DNA from: Catajapyx aquilonaris | Lineage: Eukaryota | Direction of reading: 5' to 3' | DNA length: 64,000 bases | NCBI GenBank assembly: GCA_000934665.2 | Contig: KZ538523.1 | Span: 1-64,000 of the forward strand | Shown here: positions 29,801-42,200 of the stretch, in pieces | How the letters are laid out: each line of letters opens with the position of its first letter | Position numbering within the stretch: the stretch's first letter is position 1 | Program-made: the position numbers and the translations under genes | The notes under the pieces: model-generated | The model's database searches: none | The model's input: the letters and a program-made list of their open reading frames with translations, nothing else | What the model was told of the DNA's origin: nothing

Positions 29801-32515
29801 GCTTTTGTGCTCGGGGTACGCCCGAATTTGATTGCGGAACACACCGAATACTACACCACACACGCGCATGTGTCACGACTCGCCAACACAAATCAAAGTG
29901 AAATGCCCCTCAGAGGCGGGCCTGAATGGGGTCCATGGACAGGGAATTGTATTAAGGCATGCTGTGACGTGTCTTTTTGAACGACTCTGCTGTGCATCGA
30001 GCAATTTAATTATGAATTATATTAGGCCAGTCCCCAGCTGAGCAACCAGTTGGAAGCAGCAACAATCATGTCGGGATTGTTGCTGATGTATAGCTGGAGT
30101 CCACATCTTCGTCCCTTGAATTGGCGACTTGGTCAATGCACCACCTTTCGTAGCAGGCATAAACAAGGTATAGCTGACAAAGGCGAAAGTTTTAATTATT
30201 TCCTAACATACACCGAAGGCGTGCACCTCAGTTGCTAATGGACTAACATCCGCTCACATAAACTACCAGCAGGTGGCTCCTATACTCCGGACTGTATTAT
30301 ACGGCGGGTGTATAACTCATCCTGGCGGTAAATGTCTACTTACCTGTGATTTCGCCTGGAACGGAAGATGAGCAATTATCGTCAAGATCTTTTCGAAATC
30401 ATTTCCCCTCATTCATCTGAAACAGTCCCTCTTACACAGGGTGTGGAAGTCACAACTTCTTAAATATACAACAGGCTTCAAAATAGCAACGTCCTAATAT
30501 TGCCTTCACCTGCCTGACTAATTTACGCTCTACAGATGTACCATGCTATATAATAATATGATTATATCTGTGGAAACACACGAGAAAAGGTCTCACATAT
30601 AAAGAATGCTTTTAGTCTGTTTGTAAGCTTTTCGAGAGCCTCACGCAGCCAAATCCTTTGCAGTGTAATACGCCTAACCTAAAAGGTAATACCTGACATG
30701 CTACGAAAACATAATGTCGGCAAAAAGAGTAATTACGAGTTATCTAGGTCAAAACCTCACTAAATATAGCACATTTGGAACTATACATATGACTGTGTGA
30801 TCTGAATGAATTCTCGTGGCAGAGCGCCTGTTGCATATTGTAGTAGGCTTATTACACAGCACATTTACTGTGCCAACACGGTGCCTTTGCTTTCATAACA
30901 GTTCAGAACCACCGTGACTGATTACTGCTCATATTACATTGAAGGAATAAGTCATGTACGTGATCACATAATCGCAGTTAATGTATAGCCTACCGTATAG
31001 AGCGTCCCAGGTCAAAATTATCACTCGTTGGCCTATATATACCCTGCAAAATTATATTTTGACCAATACAAGTCCTGATTGCGCAAAGTACAATTAAAAA
31101 TAATTCGACCGCCAATCCCCGTGTACCAAGCCGTGTTATCCGGTAATCTAATGAAAGTACGCCATGTCCCCGGGAGGGAACCGACGGTCCATTTGAAGCC
31201 CACTACCAGGGATTTTGCAACTGCGACGTAATTAAGAGATCATTACTTTACCTGGGAGAGCCTATTACTCGCAATTCAATTTGAATAATCCAATGTGACA
31301 TCGTTATTGTGGCAGTCAAATCTTTGAAGCTTGCCTGACAGATATTGATCGCTCCTTGCCGCCGTGTAGTAGAATAGACGTGGACCCCCCCCCCCCTCCC
31401 CTCCCGGAACAAACCTGATAATGCAAGGCTTCAGGAGAGTATATAGTCGACGACCCCTTCTGTTGCACACCCTGGAAAAAGAGTGCTCGTTTATCCTCCT
31501 CCGTCATCCTAACACGCCTCTAAGATGCCACTTCCGATGCAAAAGTGGCACAGAATTCAACGCTGCCCTTGCCCTGCCCTTGCCTATATGTCCCTCACAT
31601 ATCCAGTCACTCCAACTTCGACCCCCTGCTGTAAATATCTACAGGGGAAGATGCACTTCGACACATTTTTACATTACGTAGATGGGTACAATACCGTTAG
31701 TATAATCAATGGTTTTCTTTTGCGTACTGTACTACAAGCCACAGCCCACCGACCTGCTACCTACAGACCCTCCACTTTTGTACTCCCTGGGAAGCGTGTA
31801 GTGAATTCACGACCAAGACATATTGCTCATAGGTAGGTGCCCCATCATAAACCCCATTAATCGCGGACCCATTCATTTGGAGGCAACCTCCCAAGCAGCA
31901 GCCACCGTGCGAGCCCCAAGATGAATCCATAAATATTAGTTGTCAATGCGACGGGCATATGTCAAGACAGGGGGAGGTGGCAGCAGCAGCCCCCCCAAAA
32001 GAGAAGAAATTAGAGGAGGAAGGAAAAAATCCCCCAGGCACGCAAATTGAACATGAAGGGCTAAAAAGGAGAACTCGACGGGGCGCCACGGGGAGGCGCT
32101 TCTATCCATTCCCCCCGGGGATACAAAACCTTTATCCTGCCGGGATTCTAAGGTTGCTTTTCTGGAGATGGATGGATATTATTTCTTCTCCTTTGCATGT
32201 CGCGTCTTCCGTTGGAGAGAAAGAAAGGAGGGGGAAACCTGGCGGGCTCTATACAGTGTTTTCTCACGTGCGAGCCTCCCCAGTATATAAAGCAACGCAT
32301 AAAAGTGCGGGTTCTGTGGCTCACAACCCTATATTTTAAAATGATTCAGCGGAGGGTTGAGGAAACAATGTAATAAATTTCGGCATGGTGGGCCTGGTGC
32401 CCTTGGAAGGTTTTTTCTGAAATTGGTGCATTCCTGACTTCTCATATACAAAAGGAAACGTTATTCAAAAGACAGCAAAAACAGGCATAATATAATGAAA
32501 ATTTTAATTATCATG

Positions 32516-32554
32516 CTGTTAATTTTTTTACAAAATTTGTAAAAAAATTAACAG
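32516..32554. repeat. Perfect AT-rich palindrome (19-bp arms, 1-nt spacer)
   Basis: CTGTTAATTTTTTTACAAA-A-TTTGTAAAAAAATTAACAG. Confidence 0.9.
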
Positions 32555-34463
32555 GTCTACGTACAGGTCTACGTACAGGTATTCACAAGAATCAGCTCCT
32601 CAGTTTGAGCTTATAACCAAGGACTGTGTGTCTCTTAGCGTTATGGTTTATGACCCGTTGAAATTTCCCAACAAATTTTGGGACACCCCGAATAACATTA
32701 TATCAGGCGTCAGAAACATATGTTAGTGACACATGCTCTGTTACAAATTCACTTCACTACAGGGCAACTCGGGCCAGAACTGCTGATTCACCGATGAATC
32801 CTCCTTTTTTTTACACCGAAAGTATATGCTAATAATGTGGAAGCCATTACAACCTGAATTCTGAACACTTCCGGTTAGCTTTCATCACAAGAATTTGTAG
32901 CAACAAAGTGACCTCAATGCAAAATATGCCCACAGATCATTTTTCCCTAGCTTGAAGCTATATGTTGTAAACTTCCGGAGCAGCGACAAAGAGCAAAGCC
33001 GACTTGATCTATTGTGTGGAAGGAGACCTGGTGGCGCAGCATTTTTGCTCCTCCATCCACCGCAACACAGGATTATAAAAAGTGGAGCACAAAAATGCAA
33101 GAGACTTATTTACCGTTCCATTGAGTCGTTTTTCCGATCGTTCATCAATTTGACAACAATAAGGGGATCGCTTCCTAGCCTCTTCCTACATGGAGAGAGA
33201 GAGAGAGAGAGAGAGCTATAGAGGTGAGCCGGTGCGACATACCTCCACCCATCCATCACAGGCTCTCTTCATCATCATGGGCCTCCCGGTAAACAACTTA
33301 AATTACTCGCGCCAAACTGCCTGCCTGATGCTGCACATCGGATAAGAATGTCCGACTGCACACACCCAGTCCCATTTGCATCAGCCCATTCAGGTGCGCT
33401 ACATCAACAACATTTCATTTTTGGGACAATGATCTCACAGTAAGTCCCCACGTCTATACATAGTCTGGCCAATTATTTCGATATATCGGCTAATTAACAT
33501 GATCAACACATCGAAATATCGTGGGCAGACGAGAAAAATCTAAAGAAGGACTCTGCGAGAGTCAGACATCGTTCAGCCGATTGTCTTCTCCTCGTATAAG
33601 CAACAGAGCATGGTAGCATCAGCCAGTGAGAGATTTCTCCCAGTGCTCACTGCTGCTGCTTGGGAAAAAGGCGTAACGGGTCGTAAATGAACTTTTTGTA
33701 TGTGTGGGGTAAGGGGGGGTGGAGATGGAAAGAGGCTCCTCACCTACTACGAGGGCGTGAATAATGTCGGTCGTTTTCTTTTTAATGCTGCGGGCCCGCC
33801 TTGACTGAATCCTCCTCACCTTAGGCCCGCCACTTCACGATTTCCCCCACTGAAACATTGTTAGGCTGGGCTTTTGTGCTCCTCGGGCCCATGTGGCGGC
33901 TTTCTCAGAAAAATAGATGCAGGTAATGCAATAAGACTCGGGCCCGGGCCTATACTACTCGAGCTTCTCTTTTCTGCCGCCACTCCTTACGTCATATTTC
34001 AGGATGTATCTAAATCCGGGCCTGGGGGGGCCCTCTGCTGCCTTGTGACAAGGAAATATTTGCTTCACTTTACACCATTTCTTTTCATCATGTTCTTTTT
34101 CGGGAGACCGGTCAAACTTCCTTTCATACACTCTGCAGCCTAATCTTTTACGCCACGCAACCTCCATCCGTATACTGCTTGATCATCTATAACACTGTTG
34201 AAGATGGGGGATATTTTTCTGGTTTCTATACATGCAGCACATAATGCAAGACAAACCTATACAGGCTTACCAAAGCCAACACTGCTTGGCCCGGGCCCCA
34301 TTTGGACACAGTACAAAAAGCCACTACCAGGTGGCGCACAGGCTCCCTCTCTGCACACTACTGCTGCTCTCGTGGAGAAAGCAGTGTAACATGCACGTGG
34401 GTGATGAGTCATCGGGGACAGACACATTCTCGCCTTTGAATAAATATTCTATGTGCAGTGTAC

Positions 34464-34531
34464 GCCGGGGGCGAATATGCCGGGGGCGAAAAGCCCGGGG
34501 AGAAACGGCGGGGGCGAAAAGTCCGGATACC
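34464..34531. mobile_element. Solo DNA-transposon terminus with tandem GGGGGCGAAA-type subterminal repeats
   Basis: About four degenerate ~15-bp units ending ...AAAAGTCCGGATACC; no partner end found. Confidence 0.45.
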
Positions 34532-35613
34532 ATATAATTTTACAGTATATTCACATACATATAGGCTACACATATGATACTCGTACAGTACAGACCATTG
34601 ATACCAACTCCCACTGTTGTCGGGTGGAGTGATTCGATATGAGAATTAGGTCCTCTTTTCTTACATGCTCCTGTTAGCCTAAGTGACACGTTTGACTCGC
34701 ACAGGCTCGCTCAGGGAAATTGAAGATCCAACTTGATTAGGCCGTTATTTCAAGGAAAGACAATCGCGGGCGGGCTAATGGATGCTAGTGGGCGTCGACC
34801 TGAATGTCAAGTAGCAGTCACCTGAGGCCCAATTTGTCCTCAGCTGGGCACCTGAGCCCCAGGGCAGAACCGGGCGATAAAACGCCGATACCTGACATTT
34901 ACCCAATTCTCCATCACCCAACCAACCGCGCCACCTTGTCATTCCCATCGAATGTATTGCGCCGCCATTTATTTGTAACGCCTTCCTCATGACGCGCGCA
35001 TACAGCCTATTAGTGCGCCCGAATGCCATAAATCTATATGAATGATGCGATGTCAAAGCAGTTCACGCCCTTATTTGGCAAGCCGCGATCGTAAAAGCAC
35101 GGCCCAAAACCGGACCCCCTTCCTCGTAAAAACGACACATGTGTTTGTAGGTGATTGTGTTGCCCTGTATACGACTGATCGTACGCTTCTGAATGAAAAC
35201 GCGCGTCATAATTATTTGTCACCTGCACTTGAGATGGATGCCGGTCCTTGAGCAAACTCCAGCAACCTCGAGTCCAGTCTGCCTAGTAGGTGTGGTCATG
35301 AGTGAAACTGATGCGAGTTATTGTGTGTGGAAGCTGCAAAGGAGGGCCCCCGGACAAGCATTTTTCATCCGGGGCATGAGCCCCAGTCTCACAAATGAGA
35401 GACCCCCAGGCCCAGGGGAGCCCGGTGATCTTTAATGACCACCCAGGTAAAATAATGAGACGCATGGAAACAAATTTCTCAAACTGCCTCCTATATTATG
35501 AAGCCCGTGTTAAAAATGGCACGCTAATCATAATCCTTAGTCCTCTCGCTGACACGTCCATCATGCCCCATGATGAACGGTCACCTCACCCACCTGCCAT
35601 CTACCTACCTCCC

Positions 35614-35652
<39 letters not shown>
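35614..35652. repeat. (AAT)13 microsatellite
   Basis: Direct reading. Confidence 0.95.
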
Positions 35653-35653
<1 letters not shown>

Positions 35654-38535
35654 TAAAACAGAAAGTTTGTTGGTATGTATGTTATGGCTACCTAGCCCAC
35701 TTCCGAACTACTGAGAGTATACTGACACGGATGTCTTACGTGCTGCTGATTCAGGGAAAAGTCCCAAACATGCACTTTATTTGAGTCTAAATACTCTAAT
35801 TCTAATAATTGCTTCGCACATCACAGTGCCTAGCCATTATTTGACAGTGTTCCTTGTTGTTCCCCAGCAGGTGCATCGTCTTATGTTCTATATAGCCCTG
35901 GGACAACATGATCTAGCGGCACTCGCTTGAACAGTTCTGCTGCCGGGATGCTGGTCGGAATATCAAAACTGTGCGTGGCTTTGATGAGCAGCTGATTTCG
36001 ATAGAACGCACGATAACACATTTCCTCAGGTTTCAGCTCACGTAATTACCCGAGATGCACGCGATAATCAATGTTTGCTTCCAGGCTAATTTTGGTGGGG
36101 GGGATGGATGATCGAGCTCTTCGAACCCCTTCTCTCGACATACCGAGGCCCTCAAACAACACGACAGAAATCCATACGCTTTCTTAAGTGCTTGTATGCA
36201 AATAGGCCCCGGTTTGTGCAGAAAATTAAGCAAGTTGCCAAATTAATTGTAAGCAGTATATTGTTGCTGCGAATATATCGGGAAGGTAAATATAATACAC
36301 CTTTGGAAGCAACAAAATTTTGTTGGAAGATGGCAGCACCGATCGGCCTCCATCAACCTTTGTCTCCTTGATTCTCACGAGAGAATCACTCTTCGTTCTT
36401 TATACACTATACTCGCACATTCAAAAACTGATCAATTAGAGGCCTTTGTGCATAGCCATATAAAAACTCCGAGGCGTAAAGTTGGTAAATTAATGGCGTG
36501 CTTTTCTGTGCTCCATTAACACCCATCGTATTAAGAAGGAGAAGAAAGAGAGAGAAAAAAACTGCGGGAACCTTATCTCCGGACAAGTGGGATCCTGAAG
36601 GAATGCCCATTTATCACGTTTTCTTAGCCAGATCTACGGATGGAGCGGACCCTGAGCCTGTGTGCATGTGTTTTTGTGAAGAACGTCCCGGCCACACAAT
36701 TTCCCTGGAGAAAACGAGCAGAAAAGAAAAGGGCACCGACGGCTCCTGACTGATGCCCGCAAATCCCTCTCATACAACCAGCAATTATGCTGCCCTGTCA
36801 GGAAACAATGCCGCTCATATTTTAGCCCCAAGTACCATTCCGGAGTCACGACCACCGACCGATTCTAATGCAGCCGAAGTCTTGCCCAAATTGGCTAATT
36901 GCTGGACATGACATCACCCAGGCAGGTTTTTGGAGTTTGCCCGCAGTGCACACATAACTAACCAATTATTACGTTTAGAAACGTGCCGAAAAATCATGTA
37001 CCACCCAGTTGTTGCAGCCTACCTGTCGATCGATTCTGACTTTTGCGATATACTCCCCCATCACCCCCAACCTGAAACTAAATTGAATGTGTGACCGCCC
37101 CGTATATTGCCCCCTTCTCACCACCTGCCACATTCGATTGTAGGCTCCCATAAGGAACCGGGGCATTAGCATATTTCATCGAGATGAATGTAGGAAATTA
37201 AAGGAGGGCGGGTAATGGGCGTCGTCTAGGCAACCCCTCGTTTATGATTATGAAGTGTCAATAATTCCCACCGTTTGTGGGAAAATCGTGTGGCCCCCAC
37301 CGCTGTCCCCAATAGACTGCAACACCTTCATGCTTCCTTATCACCACTTATTGTTGCCCCGGCAATTTATAGACTCTGGGGGGCTCCGCCGGCTGCAGCA
37401 TGGGGACGATGGGAACATTTTCTTCCGGGGTAGATCCACTTCGTCTGCTGCACCGGGTCGCTTCCAATTTCTCACCGGGAGCATGGACCTCCAGGATTGC
37501 TCGCAAGTCTTACGAAAATGTGCTTATAAATATTCTCGCATGCACGCAAATATTGTCCAAAAAATGAGCGGTTGTGAGCAATCCTCCATGTTGGCAATCT
37601 TTTAATATACGGTAGGGCATATTGATACTTTACCATTACCAGCATCTCACTTTCCTGAACAGAGAGGCATACTATATACATGAGATTTAAAAAAATATGG
37701 CAGCAATAGGTCGCAACATTTAATGCAGATCTGAACAGCCTGAATGTCGCAAAACACTATGCACAATCTATCACAAAATATGCGCATCTATTGGGGTTCA
37801 GTGTTCAGGACGGCACTCGACGTGGAACATCACAGCATAATGTCTAGAAAGTCCATCCTTGATTTATTCTAACCATCAGCTGAACAGCGTTTTGCTTTTG
37901 GCAAATGGGTCCTCGGCGTACTGAATAGGCTGCAGACCAACGCTCCCACGATACATTCACACAGTTATTGCACAAGCTTAATTAATTTACCATGCTTACA
38001 AACACATCTGTGAGTTAGGAACACTATCATAACCTTAGGACAAGGGTCATAAGAGTCATAAGCTTTCATCAAACTCCGTGCCACTCACGCGTAGGATGTC
38101 CAAAATGCAATAATTGTTATGCCAATTTGACATTAATTTTCAGCTTCGGCTAATTTTAAATACTGTTAACTATATATACAGGGTGGTCCAAAATACTTTG
38201 CCAACTAATATGGCAATTTGTTGGCACGAAGCTGCTTATTTTGTATTTAAGTTACTTTTGCATTGGTGGTAATATCAGGTTGCACGTAATATACTGTACA
38301 GTACAAAGTCCGTCATCGATATCAGATAGCAATATTATTTTGTTCCAATGGGCCATTCCTATAATCGGAAATGCAGTTCCGACTTCAGAGCATGCGAATG
38401 GATGATTCAGTTCTGCACACTAATACGAGTATTAGGTTACGCCAATATTGAAAGTAACCGTGCAAAAGGATAGTTGCCGCAGACGACCCAGTTCCTCCCT
38501 GTCCACTTCTGTCGGTTAGAGTGAGGCAATCGCCA

Positions 38536-38916
38536 ATTCTGTCGCAATTGCAATTCGCCTTTTCGCCGGTTCTGTCGGTTAGAGTGAGGCAAACCCACTG
38601 GCAAACCAATCAAACTATCATAACCTATATGAGGTCCCGGCTGGTTCGCCAGCGGTACTCTCTTCCTCGAGCGGTCCTCGGACCTGACTCGCATTTCTTG
38701 GTCGGACGGGGTGCTTGGGAGAATATCCCACCCCCGTCCCTGGGTTGGACCCGGCATTGCAGTACAGCCGGGTCCAGCCCTCCTCTCCCCCACCCTTCTA
38801 ACCCACCCTGCCTTGCAATCCCACACCTTCCTCTCCTACCCCCGGCTGCCAAGGCTCGACTCAGACAGAGCCATACAAGCTGGGTAACCCTTCCTATATA
38901 CCAACCAACCAACCAA
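38536..38916 (+). mobile_element. TSD-flanked structured retroposon-like insertion with (CCAA)n tail
   Basis: 12-bp direct repeat AGGCAATCGCCA at 38524-38535 and 38917-38928; CCAACCAACCAACC at the 3' end; several strong internal hairpins. Confidence 0.68.
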
Positions 38917-39141
38917 AGGCAATCGCCACTGAAGTTGGCTGTGAAGGATCGGTGGGTCTATCACAGCCCTCTTCAGTCATAAAAACTTGATCAACACTGT
39001 TGGGCCAGTCTAACAATGCCGCATTGCAACTATACCTTTGCGTACTTGCGTTTAATGGCCATCTATGGCCGGATAGGTAATTGGCCACAAAACTCTTGAT
39101 AGTAATTGTTTGTTATTCGTATGTATGTGTTCGTATTACTT

Positions 39142-39142
39142 T

Positions 39143-39177
<35 letters not shown>

Positions 39178-39240
39178 TTTTTGGTTTATCCCTTGATGTC
39201 CCTTACGGGATTAGGGAGGTGGCACACCATCACCATCAGA
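39142..39240 (-). mobile_element. 5'-truncated LINE/SINE 3' end with (AAAT)n tail
   Basis: Minus strand has a stem-loop TCCC-GTAA-GGGA followed by (AAAT)n; 8-bp flanking repeat TATTACTT at 39134-39141 and 39241-39248. Confidence 0.62.
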
Positions 39241-42200
39241 TATTACTTATTATAACCATTAACCATATTTACCGGAAAAACAGAAGACGTTTGGGAAAAA
39301 TCTAGGTCTGTATTATTATTTGTGGCGTTTGGCCTGATTTTGCTATCAGCTGTGCAGTACGCAACAAGTAAGAATTACAGCAAAGTATACTGCTTATTTT
39401 TCAATCAGCCGTGGGATGAGCATTAGCCTACCTACTTCAAAAATGCAGGCTAGAAATATTTCGCAGTCAGGAATCTCACCATACACCATAATTATAAAAG
39501 GGCCAATTCACAGCAAATCTCTAAAGATGAATCCCAAAGATATGAAAAATTATACGGCACAGAACAGTATTTTCAAACTGTCAAGAAAAACATTTCAATG
39601 TCACAACTACATGCCCTGGAGATGTCCCTCGTGCCTGTCATACAGATGGAATGTGAATTTTTAAAGGGCTATTTCCCAGTTCACAAGCGATAACAGCTAC
39701 ATTATAGTTATGAAGTTTGAAGTGGGGTTTCAGCAGTGCACCAGCATGTATGTGGTATGAGGGAGGTGGAGTGAGGGCAACTCCCCCACTTTTAGCGATT
39801 GGGATCAACTCCAGCAGCTAATTGAGCAGGGCTGGTGTGCTCTTGGGGGAAAATGGGATTTCATCTCCCAGCCCGTGCCAGAACCGGAGACACCTGCTTC
39901 AGCAGCTGGCCCCTCGCCTGGTTATTAGAGCGAATTCCACCTTGCTGCCATCTAAAGCCCAGGGTGTGATTATTGTCTCATTGGTTTGGAAGCGTGGTGG
40001 ATTTAGGCGGACTCCTCAGGGGACCCCCGGTGTACCAGCCACAGGGACTTGAGCTTTAAACCCCATCCCTTCCACCCCCTCCCCGTCCCAAAGAGGGCTT
40101 TCCGAAGGCTTTTTAGGGAGCTTATTGGAGATTCACGCACCGAGACCATTCTTTGACAAACTGGCAGGACTGTGTTGGCCCCCAAGTGCGGGGGAATTAT
40201 TGCGTGTCAACCGCTGCCGCGATCGGGGACGTTAAGCTCCAACTGTTGCGATACGCCTAGAAAACCCTTCAAATCTGCTTGCGCTTCGCTAATGAATATA
40301 TTCCCTCGCGGGTTATTGGCCGGCTGAAACGCCAGCCAAACGAATATAATCAGCGCGAACAAAGAAAGGATGAATATTGCTCGCAGATGCACCACAGTTG
40401 GCGACACTCTCTATACTTGTGTGCTCATTGCTCATGTCATACTCATCCTTGACTGTCAGACTTGATTTGAATTGTTGGCGGGGTCGATGAGGTGCAAGGG
40501 AGGTGCCATACACGTTGGCGTGGCCAGGGCGTCCGGAGTAGTGGCTGGTGGCGAGGGGGGAGGGGGTGGGCTTGTTTTTGACGAAGTATTGCATAGTATA
40601 ATATTTAAATTTAATATTGAGCTAAACAGTACATTTCCGCAATTTAATTATTGGGCGACTATTTCAATTTATTTTTTTTCCTAGTGTATAATGGATCTTC
40701 TGCTACATCACTGCACAAACATGCCCTGGTATTGAAATGAGCCTCCTAATTATACTCAGCTCGCAATAAAACTTGGACTTGCAAATATCGGGGGTCCAAA
40801 ATGTGCGGGCCACTCCTCAACGGGGTCGAAATGAGAGCATTCGATCCTCATTAGATTGGTGGGTTCGGCGTTCTCAAAGGCGGCATCACACCTGTCAAAG
40901 CATCCCTTTTTATAGCGGACGACCAGTAAAACAAGGCGTTTTGTCCGTCATGATGAGAGAAGAGCATGGCTGTTGCCCTGGAGCCATAAGAGAGGAAGGG
41001 AAAAGGCTGCCTGCTGCATACAAGTTGGTTGGTTTGGTTGCGTGGTGGCCGTGCCATGCAAGGTGGCATTTGCGGCGCAAAGAAAAGCTGAGAGATGGGG
41101 TGCCAAGGCCCCTCCGAGGGTTTCTGCCTCAGGTGCCCCCCAAATGACCGGCTGGCCCACTAGATAATTACCCTCCCCTTTCAATTTAATTCAATTTTAC
41201 CCATCGGCCCCCTCTACCCCAGTCTCAACTCCAACTGTCAAGGCAGAGGGGCCGCCGGCACCAAAGCCACTCATTTGAGGTTGTTGGGCAAGACGGCCAA
41301 CCAATTAGTTGCCATCTCCTCGTTTTCTTGCCTTTGTGGTCCTCGGGGGGCTGCCCTTTTCTTCAACCGCCCCCCTTTTCACTTCTTCCTTTTTTATAAT
41401 CAATTTTCCAAGAGGGGGGTGTTTCCACAAGGAGGAGTTGCTAGGAGCGTATGCATGAATTTTAAGAAAATCTTGATCCGATCGCGTGCGAGATGGGGCA
41501 CCTCCGGTTCCGAGGTCATCACGCGTCAGGCAACCTGGGGTCGAATGTGCGATGCAAATGCGTGATATATCCCCTGTGTCACCGGAGCACAATCGGCCGC
41601 AGCCATTTGTTTCCATCATCAGCCACAATTTGTGCTCAATACAAAAGGACAACAAAAGAGGCCGTGATTGAATGCCAGCAATCTTCTAGTCTTTCCCGTG
41701 GATTTACCACCAATTGCATCAATATCCATCTCCCATAATACCACGCCATTTTTTGATTGATTTGTTTCTCTCTCTTTTGCAACACAGCACACACACACAT
41801 TCTCTCTCTCTCACTCTCCATCCGGGAGCATCTGGTTTAATTATTGCAACGGTCCCGTAGGCCATTGTTATTACGAGGCAATCGGTTATGCATCGTAATC
41901 ACGAACAGTGTCAGATGTTGTCAGTGGGAGGGATACATAATTTGTGCCCTGAGTATGTAATTGTAGGGGGTAAAGCCTGCACTGGCATTCCGTGTTGCCG
42001 CGTAGCCTAGAATTTGCCGTAATTTCATGTGCGGCAAAGATGATCCGATCCGAAATTCTACTCGTTCTAAAACTGGCCCGTGATCTTATTGCATTACTAA
42101 TCTCGAGCCGACTCACTTTTGTCTCCACTTGGAATTTATTCTCACACACACACACACAAAACAAAAAAGAGATTTCGGCTGTGCACGAAACATTGAAGGA

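Noticed and set aside
34464..34531. CRISPR-like repeat array
   Set aside because: Eukaryotic context, contiguous ~15-bp units without unique spacers and no cas genes; it fits transposon subterminal repeats.
38929..38980. Hammerhead ribozyme on the minus strand (CTGAAGA core)
   Set aside because: No GAAA box follows a stem II, so the catalytic core is incomplete.
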